The notes: generated from the sequence alone by a model not told the origin. 64,000 bases of DNA from Nitrospirota bacterium (GCA_963710375.1 CAVPZX010000002.1:768001-832000), one strand, 5' to 3'. Shown: positions 33,909 to 45,067, counted from the stretch's first letter. A program made the numbers and translations.

Positions 33909-35810
33909 TTACCACATGAATGCCTTATACCGCTCAATAGTTGAGTCCTGAAGCCTTGCGATTAAGTGGAAGGCGTCCTTAACGGTTTTCTTCTCAAGGT
34001 TACTGAGCTTATTGGGATTAATAAAATTATCAATAGGCTTGCCTTCCTGCAGTAACTCCGCCTGATGGTGGACCCTGAGCAGTGTAATGAACTCGAAGGC
34101 ATGCTCGATCTCATCCGCATATTCTTTCACTATAGTGTGCTTATCTCTCAACGCTCCGATCCGTTCGAGTGTCGAGGTCTCTTTCACCCCCCGCTCAAGC
34201 GCAAAAAGCCTGACAATGTCCACAAGCGGCGCTAAGCCCTTTATCTTAATATTCAGTTCGTCTTTATGCTCTCCGCTCTTTTCAACAACAAAAGACTTCA
34301 GAAATCCCAGGGGAGGCCTGTTCTTCACCACTGTGTTCGCGAGATGTCCGAGATACACTTTCTGCCCCTCGATAATCTCTGTCAGATAAGAACGCAATTC
34401 ATCCGCAAGGGAAAAATCACCATAGAGAGGTCTGAAATCAAAAAATATAAGCGACTTCAATACTGCATCAGATGTCGGCGTTGATATCCAGTCCGAGAAG
34501 TATGTCTTCCACACTCTCAGGGGCTGGCGCCACTGGGAGTTGCTCGCCATGTACTGAGCCGGACAACTGGTAAAGCCGCATCTTTCGAGGCTTTCATTAA
34601 CAAAAGCGGTAAACCCGGAGAAATAATGGGAGACTGCGGCCTCCTGGTCCGCTGTGGCCGTATCCGCATGTATAAGAGCATTGTCCTGATCGGTCCTGAA
34701 TATCTGTTCCCTGCGGCCTTCGCTTCCCAACACTATCCAGCAATAGGGTACAGGCGCGGGACCGTATTTCCTCTCCGCAATCTTAAGCACTTTTTTAACC
34801 AGGCGGTCATTGAGTTCAGAGACAATCTTCATGATATTGCCTGCCTTAGTACCTTCTTTGAGTAGAAACCCAACAAGGTGGTTGATCTTTTTGGAGACAG
34901 ACTGCAGACCTTCGACGGTCTGCCTGCTCTCTATATCTTTTGCGAGCGAAAGCGGCGATTTCCCCTGAAGCAGCAAGAGATCATGATTGGTAACAACGCT
35001 CCTGAGTGCGCCGTCTTTTATAACGAGCAGGTGGTGGACATTGTATTTCAACATCTTGAGCACTGCCTCAAAGCAATAATCCTTTGCATCAACCCTTATG
35101 AGGGGCAGATTCATAATATTCTTCACTGTCTCACGGGGATTCCGTCCTCTTGCAACGACTTTCTCCCGCAGGTCCCTGTCTGTTACAAGACCCACCGGAA
35201 GATTGTTGCCGTCCACAACCACAACCGAACTGATCCTATGCTGAGACATTCCCTGGGCAGCCTCCTGTATGGTTGCTCCATCGCTGACAGTAATGGCCTC
35301 TTTATTGGCGATTTCCCCCACATGTGTTGTCAGCAGGATATGGTCACTGCTACCATAAAAAAAACTCCTGTTGCGCATTTCACTGCTGGTCTTGTCCACG
35401 TATTTCGTAAAGTGGGTCTGTAAAAAATATTCTCTGAACACTGGTTGGGAATCGATGAGTGAAAAAACTTTTTCCTTATCGAGCAGATAACATACTGTAT
35501 CATCAGTAGCTACTATCGTTGTCTTTTGCTTCTCCTTTCCCATAAGAGAGACAAGACCGAAGCTCTCACCTTCCCCCCGGTAATCTATGACAATATCCTC
35601 GCCATCGTTTGATCTCAAAGAGATTTTAACTCCGCCTTTTTTTATGATCCTGAGGGAATCACTTGCAGGGCCGTCCTGTCTTAAAATAACTCTGTCCTGT
35701 GGATAAAATTCCATTGATATTCCGCCTGCAACATCCCTTATTACAGACTCATCCAAAAACTGAAAGGGCGGAGTTTTCTTTAAAAAAATGACTACATCCT
35801 CAAAAAGCAT
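33909..35810 (-). CDS. cNMP-binding/CBS/DUF294 nucleotidyltransferase-like protein
   Basis: N-terminal cNMP fold, CBS pair (GLVTDRDLR), GSEGRREQ..TDQDN and FFDFR motifs. Confidence 0.88.
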   Translation of the reverse strand: MLFEDVVIFLKKTPPFQFLDESVIRDVAGGISMEFYPQDRVILRQDGPASDSLRIIKKGGVKISLRSNDGEDIVIDYRGEGESFGLVSLMGKEKQKTTIVATDDTVCYLLDKEKVFSLIDSQPVFREYFLQTHFTKYVDKTSSEMRNRSFFYGSSDHILLTTHVGEIANKEAITVSDGATIQEAAQGMSQHRISSVVVVDGNNLPVGLVTDRDLREKVVARGRNPRETVKNIMNLPLIRVDAKDYCFEAVLKMLKYNVHHLLVIKDGALRSVVTNHDLLLLQGKSPLSLAKDIESRQTVEGLQSVSKKINHLVGFLLKEGTKAGNIMKIVSELNDRLVKKVLKIAERKYGPAPVPYCWIVLGSEGRREQIFRTDQDNALIHADTATADQEAAVSHYFSGFTAFVNESLERCGFTSCPAQYMASNSQWRQPLRVWKTYFSDWISTPTSDAVLKSLIFFDFRPLYGDFSLADELRSYLTEIIEGQKVYLGHLANTVVKNRPPLGFLKSFVVEKSGEHKDELNIKIKGLAPLVDIVRLFALERGVKETSTLERIGALRDKHTIVKEYADEIEHAFEFITLLRVHHQAELLQEGKPIDNFINPNKLSNLEKKTVKDAFHLIARLQDSTIERYKAFMW

Positions 35811-35822
35811 ATCCTAATAAAG

Positions 35823-35987
35823 AGCAATTAAGGTGCCAATGCCTGGAATTAATAAAACCATCTTTTAAATCAAAGAGTTTTTAGAAATTCAGGTCTTTTT
35901 TAGAGTAGAGACCTTGTAACTTAAAGTAATGTATTAGCAGTAATGCTACAAAAGGTAACAAACAAGCGGGGTTTCAAAAAAGTTACT
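35823..35987 (-). promoter_or_regulatory. Sigma54 promoter with IHF-like site and UAS for the acetate operon
   Basis: Minus strand TGGCACCTTAATTGCT at 35838-35823; AATCAAAGAGTTT at ~35868-35880; TGTWAC-N5-GTAAC-like sites at 35915-35931, 35944-35960 and (weaker) 35970-35987. Confidence 0.75.
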
Positions 35988-36019
35988 GAATTGGCGGCTT
36001 CACTGGCAGGACTTTAATA

Positions 36020-37366
36020 TCAGAATCTGTTAATCCCCCATCGTTTTCTCTTTTCCCATAAAGACTTTCTTGTGATGCCGAGCATATCTGCCAGTTGCTG
36101 TTCCGTACATTCATGCTGGTATCTTTGAATGACTGTCTTTGCATATTCTTCAATAGAAAGCCTCTCCTCCAGCACCTCCTGCATAAAAGGCCTCTTTGTT
36201 TTCACGTTGTCGGGCAGGTGTTCGGCACTTATAATGCCGTCATCAGCTATGAGAATGGCGCGTTCTATTATGTTCTGCAATTCTCTGATATTCCCCGGCC
36301 AGTTGTACTCAATGAGAAGTTGCAGCGTATCAGCTCCTATTTGCTTTAACGGCTTGCCCAAATCTCCGGAATATTTCTGGAAGAAATGTTTGACGAGAGG
36401 AGCTATATCCTCTCTTCTTTCTCTTAGGGGCGGCAACTTGATTGATATGACATTAATCCTGTAAAAGAGGTCCTCCCGGAACGCCCCCTCCTTTACAGCA
36501 GCATCAAGGTCCCTGTTCGTTGCACAAATAAAGCGGAGATCGATTTTGACGCTCTGTATTCCGCCGACCGGACGTACCTGATAATCCTCCAGAACTCTGA
36601 GCAGTTTTGACTGCAGCCCCATGCTCAAATTACCTATTTCATCGAGGAACACCGTGCCTCCATTGGCTTCTTCGAGTATCCCTTTTTTAAAGCTTGTTGC
36701 TCCGGTAAATGCCCCTTTGACATGACCGAAGAGTTCCGATTCCAGAAGGTTCTCAGGGATAGCGCTGCAGTTTATTGGAACAAATGGCTTGTCCGCTCTC
36801 TTACTGTTGAAGTGAATTGCCCGGGCAATCAATTCTTTGCCGGTGCCGGTTTCTCCGAGGAGGAGCACGTTGCTCTTCGCATCCGCAAACTTCTTTACCT
36901 CGTTGATGATTTTCTTTATTGCGGCGCTTTCCCCGATTATTCTGCTGAAATCATACTCTCTTTCCAGCTGTTTTCTAAGAAGAATATTCTCGCTTTTGAG
37001 TGCCTTCTGACTCAAGGCGTTTTTTACAATCTGCTTTATCTCCTCATGTATAATCGGCTTTACCACATAGTCATAGGTGCCGGCCCTGAGGGCCTCTATT
37101 GCAGTTTCGAGCGAGGCGTACGCAGTCATGATAACAACTAGTTGGTCGGGTATTCTTTCTTTTATAAGCTTCAGGAGCTCTATGCCGTTCATGCCGGGCA
37201 GAATAATATCGCTGATAATCAGACTGTAATATCCGTCCCCGAGTACGCCAAGGGCGGCCTCAGCACTTCCTGCCACATCAACTTCGTATCGCTCTCTTAA
37301 AAAAACCCTCTTAAGGGACTCACACAGAGTATCTTCATCCTCAACAATAAGTAATCTCTCAGCCAT
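36020..37366 (-). CDS. Sigma54-dependent NtrC-family response regulator (CbrB-like)
   Basis: Receiver domain, GETGTGKE, ESELFGHVKGAFTGA, FLDEIG, WPGNIREL and a Fis-type HTH. Confidence 0.93.
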   Translation of the reverse strand: MAERLLIVEDEDTLCESLKRVFLRERYEVDVAGSAEAALGVLGDGYYSLIISDIILPGMNGIELLKLIKERIPDQLVVIMTAYASLETAIEALRAGTYDYVVKPIIHEEIKQIVKNALSQKALKSENILLRKQLEREYDFSRIIGESAAIKKIINEVKKFADAKSNVLLLGETGTGKELIARAIHFNSKRADKPFVPINCSAIPENLLESELFGHVKGAFTGATSFKKGILEEANGGTVFLDEIGNLSMGLQSKLLRVLEDYQVRPVGGIQSVKIDLRFICATNRDLDAAVKEGAFREDLFYRINVISIKLPPLRERREDIAPLVKHFFQKYSGDLGKPLKQIGADTLQLLIEYNWPGNIRELQNIIERAILIADDGIISAEHLPDNVKTKRPFMQEVLEERLSIEEYAKTVIQRYQHECTEQQLADMLGITRKSLWEKRKRWGINRF

Positions 37367-40316
37367 TACTTTCCAGTGGAAGCCGTATCGTAAACGACGT
37401 TCCCTCTCCCTTTTTGCTTGAGAAATCAATAGTCCCTTTATGCTCCCTGATTATACCATAACAAATACTTAGACCCAGGCCGGTACCCTTGCCCAGCGGC
37501 TTCGTAGTAAAAAAAGGGTCAAATATTTTGTCCATTGCGTTTTCTTCAATACCCGGTCCAGTATCGGTAAAAACAATTGTTAAAAAAGCTCCGTCCTGCC
37601 TGGCAGTGATGACGAGGCTGCCTCCCTGCGGCATTGCATCAACCGCATTAATTATGAGATTAAGAAATACCTGTTGTATCTGGTCCGGATTAGCGAGTAT
37701 GCGCGGGACCTTCGATATATTTATAGTCAGCTTTATGTCCCTGAACCTCTTGTCGTATTTCACCAAGTTGAGAGTCCGTTCGAGAATATCGGGGATAGCG
37801 CATGCTGTTTTTTTCGTAGATGATATCCGTGCAAAATCTCCGAGGCTTCTCACTATGTTTGCGATTCTCTCAATATGGTTATTTATCGTTTTCAGCGATT
37901 CACCTCTAAACTCCTTTTCCTCAGGCGCGTCCATGTCCGGCGCGCTCAGCTCCTGCACGAGCGAAGAGATTGATGCGAGCGGATTGCCTATCTCATGGGA
38001 TATACCTGCAGTCAATTTTCCGATGCTGGCGAGCTTTGATGCCTGCTGCAGTTGCTCCTCCATCATTTGTTTCTCAGTGATATCCTCAAGAATGACCACA
38101 TAGCCTCCAGAAGGGTCCTTGAAGGGACTCATGTTTATCTTGAAGGTCAACTTTTCGCTGGTCTCGGCGAGCTCTTCATTTCCGTCATTCTTCAGCAGAG
38201 CATTTACCGGCAGCCAGGGCAGAAGGACCGCTATTGATTTGTTGAATGCCTCGGCCCTGGTTATGCCTGTAATCGCTGCCATCGACCTGTTCCAGTAATT
38301 CACTCTCAGAAGCACATCAACGGTAGCAATGCCGATTGGCAGACTTTCAATAATGTTTTCGCTGAATTCCTTGAGATAGGACAGCTCTTTATTGGCATCA
38401 GCCAATTCTTTGCGGGACAGCCTCAGGGTTTCAGTAATGCTTTTGATCGATTCTGAAAGCACTCCGCGTTCGTCTTCAGTCAGCGCCAGCTTATCTTCAA
38501 AAATAATTGCTGCCATGGAAGAACCGATTGCTCCCGCTAGAACTGTTTCAGCATCGTTCCTCAGTTCATAAATATCATGTGGGGTGAGTTCTCCGCGCTT
38601 TTTGTTCTTCTTCCGTAAAAAATTGGCGACAGCATTGCCCGCATCACTCCTGCCAAGGCACTGCGAAAGGACTTCCTCTATATCGTTAATGGTATATGAG
38701 CCCCCTCTCGCAATGTCTCTAGACTTTTCATAGGATTCAACAAAGATGAGGGACTGCAGTTCCTCCTCTTTCGTCTGGCGTGTAAACACCGATACCCCCA
38801 AATAAAACACCACGTTGGCAAGCATGCCCCAGAAGAGCGAATTGCCCCACTTGCCTAGGCCGCTGATACCGAACATGCTGTCGGGATTCAGCATCGTGGA
38901 ACCTGTCATTGCCGCAACAAGCCCGATATTTTTTACAATGCCCACTTCTATCAACGCAGGCATTATAAGGGTATAAAACCAGATGCTGAAGCCGGCTGCA
39001 AGCCCTGCTATAGCTCCTGCCTTGGTACCCCGCTTCCAGTAAAGGCCCAAAAAAAAGGCAGGGGCAAAAAGCGCCACTGCTTCAAATGATCGCAGCCCCA
39101 TATCCACAAGGCTGTAAAGCCCGCCCACAGAAGTAGTGTACCAATACCCTATGCAGATAATGGACATGATTACCAGTCGCTTAATATTCAGTATCACCGT
39201 AGGAAACCGGGGCGCGTCATGAAAATTAATAAACGCAGGCATAATGATGCTGTGCATAACCATAGTGCTTAATGCCAGAGTTTCGACAATAATCATGCTT
39301 GAGGCTGCGGAAAAACCTCCTATAAAAGCAAAAAGGGACAAGTACTTGGCGCCGTGTGTCAAAGGAAGGGTAAGCACAAAATAATCGGCCCCCTTTGCAT
39401 TGCCGGCTGTCAGTATGCCGCCTAAGGCTATAGGCAGCACAAAGACGTTTATCAACAGCAGATACAACGGGAAAAGCCATGCCGCCTTCCTTATATGATC
39501 TTCGTTGTAATTCTCCACCACTGCCATCTGAAATTGCCGTGGCAAAAACATTACGGCCATCATCGAAAGGAAAATAAGGGAAGACCATTCAAAATATCCG
39601 GTACCTGTACCCGGACCAAGAAGGAGAAGGGCTTTATAAGAGGACCCCTGAATCCTGTTTAATATGTCATCGGGTCCTTTAAAAAGGCTGAATGTGACAA
39701 AAATCCCTACAAAGATAAACGCAGCGAGTTTTACTATGGACTCAAATGCTATGGCGAAAACAAGGCCTACATGCCTTTCAGATGAATCAAGCCGTCGTGC
39801 CCCGAAAATAATGGCAAATACACCCAGAATAAAGGTGATGACCAACCCTGCTGCAACACTGCTGCCTGTATCTCCGGATATGATAGCGAAAGTGCCGAAG
39901 ATTGCCTTCATTTGCAGCCCGAGATATGGCGTAATACCAGCCACTGCAACAATAGTAACAAGGGCTGACAGAGCCAGCGATTTTCCGTAGCGCGCACCTA
40001 TGAAGTCCGATATAGTGGTAATCCTGTTGGCCTTTGCGGTCCTCACCACTTTCCTGAGCACGATCATCCATATGGACGCCATGAGGGTGGGACCCAAATA
40101 GGTGGTAAGGAATGAAAGCCCTGATGTGGCGGCCTTGCCTACACTGCCGTAAAATGTCCAGGAGGTGCAATAGACAGCAAGTGAAAGGGAATAAATATAA
40201 GGGTTATTTACAATGCTTTTCCCGGACTTCTCTTTCCGCTCCGCATAATAGGCAACAGCGAAGAGGAGCATGAGATAACATACTACAATAAGAAACAGGT
40301 TATAGGGAATAAACAC
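37359..40316 (-). CDS. SLC5-STAC-PAS histidine kinase (CbrA/CrbS family)
   Basis: YSLSLAVYCTSWTFYGSVG (SLC5 sensor); LAGAIGSSMA (STAC-like); PAS; H-box HEIGNPL; FFTTKPLGKGTGLGL. Confidence 0.92.
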   Translation of the reverse strand: MFIPYNLFLIVVCYLMLLFAVAYYAERKEKSGKSIVNNPYIYSLSLAVYCTSWTFYGSVGKAATSGLSFLTTYLGPTLMASIWMIVLRKVVRTAKANRITTISDFIGARYGKSLALSALVTIVAVAGITPYLGLQMKAIFGTFAIISGDTGSSVAAGLVITFILGVFAIIFGARRLDSSERHVGLVFAIAFESIVKLAAFIFVGIFVTFSLFKGPDDILNRIQGSSYKALLLLGPGTGTGYFEWSSLIFLSMMAVMFLPRQFQMAVVENYNEDHIRKAAWLFPLYLLLINVFVLPIALGGILTAGNAKGADYFVLTLPLTHGAKYLSLFAFIGGFSAASSMIIVETLALSTMVMHSIIMPAFINFHDAPRFPTVILNIKRLVIMSIICIGYWYTTSVGGLYSLVDMGLRSFEAVALFAPAFFLGLYWKRGTKAGAIAGLAAGFSIWFYTLIMPALIEVGIVKNIGLVAAMTGSTMLNPDSMFGISGLGKWGNSLFWGMLANVVFYLGVSVFTRQTKEEELQSLIFVESYEKSRDIARGGSYTINDIEEVLSQCLGRSDAGNAVANFLRKKNKKRGELTPHDIYELRNDAETVLAGAIGSSMAAIIFEDKLALTEDERGVLSESIKSITETLRLSRKELADANKELSYLKEFSENIIESLPIGIATVDVLLRVNYWNRSMAAITGITRAEAFNKSIAVLLPWLPVNALLKNDGNEELAETSEKLTFKINMSPFKDPSGGYVVILEDITEKQMMEEQLQQASKLASIGKLTAGISHEIGNPLASISSLVQELSAPDMDAPEEKEFRGESLKTINNHIERIANIVRSLGDFARISSTKKTACAIPDILERTLNLVKYDKRFRDIKLTINISKVPRILANPDQIQQVFLNLIINAVDAMPQGGSLVITARQDGAFLTIVFTDTGPGIEENAMDKIFDPFFTTKPLGKGTGLGLSICYGIIREHKGTIDFSSKKGEGTSFTIRLPLESNG

Positions 40317-40333
40317 AGTGCGGCTGCGTCACC

Positions 40334-40495
40334 TCAGAAGGCGCGGAAGCCTGTAACAGCCCCCAGGATAATAAAGACAAGCCAGAAGAGAAACAGGTAG
40401 GCTGCCACTCCTCTGCTAAAAATCTCGATAAACGGCCAGTTAAAGCCCAAAATGCCGACTATAAAAAGCATTATCCACAGCTCGGCCTTTTTCAA
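40334..40495 (-). CDS. Small two-TM protein (53 aa), CbrX-like; absent from the ORF track
   Basis: TTG start overlapping the gyrA stop; (M)[52 protein letters not shown]; ends 17 bp before the kinase start. Confidence 0.7.
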   Translation of the reverse strand: MKKAELWIMLFIVGILGFNWPFIEIFSRGVAAYLFLFWLVFIILGAVTGFRAF

Positions 40496-42904
40496 TCTTC
40501 GGCTACCCTTCCAATACTTACGATCCGGTCTTCAGCCTCCAGGTCCATAAGTTTAACTCCCTGAGTATTTCTTCCAAGCACCGAAATATTTCCCGCAACA
40601 GTCCTTATTAATTTTCCGGCGTTAGTGATAAGGACCACCTCATCCTCATTTTTTACCTGGAGGAGACCGACCGCATTGCCGCCTCTCTCCACTACCTTAA
40701 TTGAAATAACTCCTTTCCCGCCGCGGCCATGAACAGGATATTCCCCTATTTCGGTCCTCTTGCCAAGGCCTTTTTCCGTTACCGTTAAAAGGGTCATTCT
40801 TTCCTCGACAACATTGGCGGAAACAACTTCGTCGTCCTTACCCAGCCGGATGCCTATAACACCTCTGGCAGTCCGCCCGACTGACCTGACATCATCTTCC
40901 TCAAATCTGGCGGCAAGCCCGCGCTTAGTGCCGATAATAATGTCATTATTCCCAGAGGTCTTTTTAACGGCAATCAGACTCGTCGCCTTCGTCCAATGTC
41001 ACAGCTATTATACCTTTTGCCCTTGGGTTGCTGTATTCGCTGAGCTTTGTCTTTTTCACAATGCCGGCTTTGGTGAACATAACCAGATACCCATCGCTAA
41101 AATCTTTGACATTCAGAGCGGTCGTAATCCGTTCTCCATCTGAAAGAGAGAGGACGTTTACAAGCGCCTTACCCTTTGCCGCCCTACCAGCCTCTGGTAT
41201 CTGGTATATCTTAAGCCAATAGAGCCTGCCATTGTTGCTGAAAAACAGCATGTAGTCGTGAGTAGACCCTATAAAGAGCTGTTCAACAAAATCCTCTTCC
41301 CTGGTCTCCATCCCTGTCAGCCCCTTGCCTCCCCGGCGCTGGCTTCTGTATATCGACAGAGGATTCCGTTTGATGTACCCATTATGGGACACTGTTATAA
41401 CCATCTCCTCTTCTGTGATGAGGTCTTCTATGGTCAGATCAGCCGTCTCAGGGACAATATCTGTTCTTCTCTCGTCAGCGTATTTGTTTTTGACCTCGAC
41501 AAGCTCGTCTTTAACGATTTTCCATACGAGGGCTTCACTCCCGAGGATTGCCTTCAACCTCTCAATCTCTTTCAGCGTGTCTTCGTAATCCTTTATGATC
41601 TTATCACGCTCCAGCCCGGTCAGGCGCTGCAGGCGCATTTCCAGTATCGCCTGGGCCTGGATCTGGGACAGCGGGTATTTAGTCATTAGTCCTGTTCTGG
41701 CATCATCAGGGGTCTTTGACCGTCTGATAAGAGTGATGATTTCATCGAGGTGGTCCAGCGCTATCTTGAGACCTTCGAGGATATGTGCTTTTTCTTCAGC
41801 CTTCCTCAATTCGAAGCGCGTCCTGAAGAGTATTACATTCCTGCGGTGCTGAAGAAAATTGTCCAGCATATCCTTAAGCGTCAGGACAAGGGGCTTCCCT
41901 GCCACAATCGCAAGCATAATGACGCCGAACGTGGATTCCATTGCCGTGTGCTTGTAGAGATTATTGAGGATTACCTGAGCCATCTCTCCGCGCTTTATTT
42001 CCATAACTATCCTTATCCCGTCCCTGTCGGACTCGTCCCTGATATCAGAGATGCCCTCAATGCGCTTCTCGCGGACCAGCTCAGCGATCTTTTCAATAAG
42101 ACGCGCCTTGTTGACCTGGTATGGAAGTTCGCTGACAATTATGCTTTCGTTGCCGCGGGCTTCGCGTTCTACCAATACCTTTGCGCGAACTTTGATCAAA
42201 CCCCTGCCCGTGGTATAGGCACTGACAATGCCCCGGGTCCCGTGAATAATCGCGCCGGTAGGAAAATCAGGACCTTTTACGGCTGCCATCAACTCATTCA
42301 CCGTGACCTGGGGGTTCTCAAGCAGCATAATCAAGCCGTCCACAACCTCCCCGAGATTATGGGGCGGTATATTGGTAGCCATACCGACGGCGATACCAGC
42401 AGAGCCGTTGACAAGGAGATTGGGGACCCTTGTCGGAAGCACTACAGGCTCTTCAGTCGTTTCATCGAAATTAGGGGTAAAAGCAACTGTTTCCTTATCT
42501 ATATCGGCAAGGAGTTCTTCTGAAATCTTTGCCAGCCGCGCTTCGGTATACCGGTATGCAGCAGCAGGGTCGCCGTCAATAGAGCCGAAATTGCCCTGTC
42601 CGTCCACAAGTACGTACCTCATATTAAAATCCTGTGCCAGACGCACCAGAGCGTCATAGACCGCAGAGTCGCCATGGGGGTGGTATTTTTTCAAAACTTC
42701 GCCTACAACACCCGCGCATTTTGAGTATTTCTTATTGGGGAGAAGCCCTTCCCTGAACATGGCATAGAGTATTCTCCTCTGTACCGGCTTCAGGCCGTCC
42801 CGTACTTCAGGCAACGCCCTGCCGATGATTACGCTCATGGCGTAATCAAGATAGCTGACTTTCATCTCTTCTTCTATGCTGATCGACACCTTAGGCTGCA
42901 ACAT
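40492..42904 (-). CDS. gyrA: DNA gyrase subunit A, +1 frameshift at ~40978 (probably a sequence error)
   Basis: [19 protein letters not shown] and GyrA box QRRGGKG; span is 2413 = 3n+1. Confidence 0.96.
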
Positions 42905-43004
42905 TCATTTCCTCTCTTTTCTATAAAATATTGGTTATTATAACATATTGCTTCATTGCACCTTAAAAAAATCTGCCCGATATCTAAGGTATAATACAAC
43001 GACA

Positions 43005-43736
43005 ATGGCAATAGTGAAGGCAAGAGGACTCACAAAATTTTACGGTGACCTAAAGGCGGTTGATTCCGTTGACTTTCAGATCGAGAAGGGCGAATGCTTC
43101 GGGTTCCTGGGGCCGAACGGGGCAGGCAAAACAACAGTGATGAAGATCATTTACTGCTTCATGCCGCCGACTTCAGGCGATGTAACTGTATTCGGCATGC
43201 CTGTAACGGAAAAACCGAGCGCAATAAAGGCATGCATAGGTGTTATGCCACAGGAAGTCAATCTAGACCCCGACCTCACCGTGATCGAGAACCTTATCGT
43301 TTATGCACGGTATTTCGATATACCAAAAAAAAGGTCTCTCCCCATAGCCTGGGAACTGCTGGATTTTGCAGAGTTGCGGGAAAAGGCTGGCGCGAAAATA
43401 GAAAACCTGTCTGGAGGAATGAAGCACCGCCTGCTTCTTGCCCGCTCATTAGTCAACGATCCAGACCTGATGATTCTCGATGAGCCAACAACCGGGCTTG
43501 ATCCCCACAGCAGGCATGCGGTATGGGAAAAGCTGGAGAACCTGAAAGCAAAAGGGACGACACTGCTCCTGACCACTCACTACATGGAAGAAGCTGAAAA
43601 GCTCTGTGACCGGGTAGCGATCATGGATTCCGGAAAGATCGTGACTATCGATTCCCCTGAACATTTGATTGAGGCGCACGGCGGAAACCTCGAAGACGTA
43701 TATCTGAAACTCACCGGGAGGCAACTTGAAAGTTAA
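43005..43736 (+). CDS. ABC-2 exporter ATP-binding subunit (NodI-like)
   Basis: GPNGAGKT, LSGG, LDEPTTGLDP and TTHYMEEA motifs. Confidence 0.9.
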   Translation: MAIVKARGLTKFYGDLKAVDSVDFQIEKGECFGFLGPNGAGKTTVMKIIYCFMPPTSGDVTVFGMPVTEKPSAIKACIGVMPQEVNLDPDLTVIENLIVYARYFDIPKKRSLPIAWELLDFAELREKAGAKIENLSGGMKHRLLLARSLVNDPDLMILDEPTTGLDPHSRHAVWEKLENLKAKGTTLLLTTHYMEEAEKLCDRVAIMDSGKIVTIDSPEHLIEAHGGNLEDVYLKLTGRQLES

Positions 43737-44481
43737 GCGTGCATTCAGGGTTTGGCAGAGACACCTTTCTGTATATACTAAATTGTATAAATCGAGCTTC
43801 GCTCTCAATTTTGTCGAGCCGGTCCTGTACCTTGCAGCGCTGGGACTCGGGCTCGGAGCTTACATAAAAGAAATCAACGGGTCGCCGTATGTCAACTTCA
43901 TAGCACCAGGAATCATCGCTTCGTCATCAATGTTCGCATCCGTTTACGAGTGCACCTATGGCACCTTTGTGAGGATGACGTTTCAGAAAACCTTTGATGC
44001 GATACTCGCCACACCTGTCACAATTGATGACCTTATTGCCGGAGAATTGATGTGGGGCGCGACAAAAAGCGTCGTATACGGTACCATAATCATAGTAGTA
44101 ATATCGCTTTTCGGTCTTGTGGCCTCTCCCCTTGTGCTTGGTGTAATTCCTGTCCTCTTTATCAGCGGCCTTTTGTTTTCGGAAATATCATTGATCTTTG
44201 TAGCAAAAGTTCCGGGGATTGATTCCTTCAATTATTTTTACACTCTTTTTATGACTCCGATGTTTCTCTTTTCAGGCATTTTCTTTCCCATAGATACCCT
44301 CCCGCCACTAGTCGCCAAAATAGCATTCTTCACGCCGCTGTATCACCTTGTCAACATATGCCGGGCCTTTGCCCTCGGGAAGTTCTCAGCCGCTGCAGCA
44401 GATCTTGTTTGGCTCTTGGCTGTTTTTGCACTGCTTGCCGTTTATCCCTTCAGATTAATGCGCAGGCGTATAATAAAATAA
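43726..44481 (+). CDS. ABC-2 permease (NodJ-like)
   Basis: YVNFIAPG, PMFLFSGIFFP and TPLYH motifs. Confidence 0.88.
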   Translation: MKVKRAFRVWQRHLSVYTKLYKSSFALNFVEPVLYLAALGLGLGAYIKEINGSPYVNFIAPGIIASSSMFASVYECTYGTFVRMTFQKTFDAILATPVTIDDLIAGELMWGATKSVVYGTIIIVVISLFGLVASPLVLGVIPVLFISGLLFSEISLIFVAKVPGIDSFNYFYTLFMTPMFLFSGIFFPIDTLPPLVAKIAFFTPLYHLVNICRAFALGKFSAAAADLVWLLAVFALLAVYPFRLMRRRIIK

Positions 44482-44483
44482 AT

Positions 44484-44975
44484 TTAACGCTCCTCCTTCC
44501 GGAGAACCCACATCCTGACATATACCTTATCGCCTTCCCTCCAATAAAATATGTTGAGAAGATCGGCGGCGCCATATACAAATGGCTGGTACAATGGCCG
44601 CACCTCATAACCGATTACCCTGCCGCTGCTGCTGTCAATGATCCTTGCTAACTGTGGCCTCGTAACATTCGGGTTCCGGCTGATGAAGTTGTATGCCCCG
44701 GCAAGCGCATCTTTTGCAGGCAAATCCTTTATAACCTTGTAATCGAAGTCCGGGGCATAGGGTACTATTGTATATGGGCTGTCTTCTTTGGCAAGAATGG
44801 CCACTGTTTCGAGAGCTTTCGCGTAAATGCCGCCATATAATATGAGAGAATAGGTTCCGGTAATTTCTTTTTCTGAGGCATCTTCTGTCCGGATCTCCTG
44901 TCTGAGCACGGCTCCGCATGCGGTGACCACAAGGGTGAAGAATAATCCCAGAACTGCAAGCATTAAATGTTTCAT
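44484..44975 (-). CDS. Hypothetical lipoprotein, paralogue B
   Basis: Lipobox VVTAC; strong RBS AAGGAGGAGG; highly similar to 45068-45595. Confidence 0.8.
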   Translation of the reverse strand: MKHLMLAVLGLFFTLVVTACGAVLRQEIRTEDASEKEITGTYSLILYGGIYAKALETVAILAKEDSPYTIVPYAPDFDYKVIKDLPAKDALAGAYNFISRNPNVTRPQLARIIDSSSGRVIGYEVRPLYQPFVYGAADLLNIFYWREGDKVYVRMWVLRKEER

Positions 44976-45067
44976 TAGTATCCCCTCCTCCTTTAACTTT
45001 TTCAGATTCCTCCCATATATCAAGCACCTTTTACACTATTCTTCGTAGAACTCATAAAATAAGGTCT

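Noticed and set aside
30255..42904. acs and gyrA as pseudogenes or programmed frameshifts
   Set aside because: Single +1 indels in a shared motif with no slippery run; gyrA is essential and both genes are otherwise intact.
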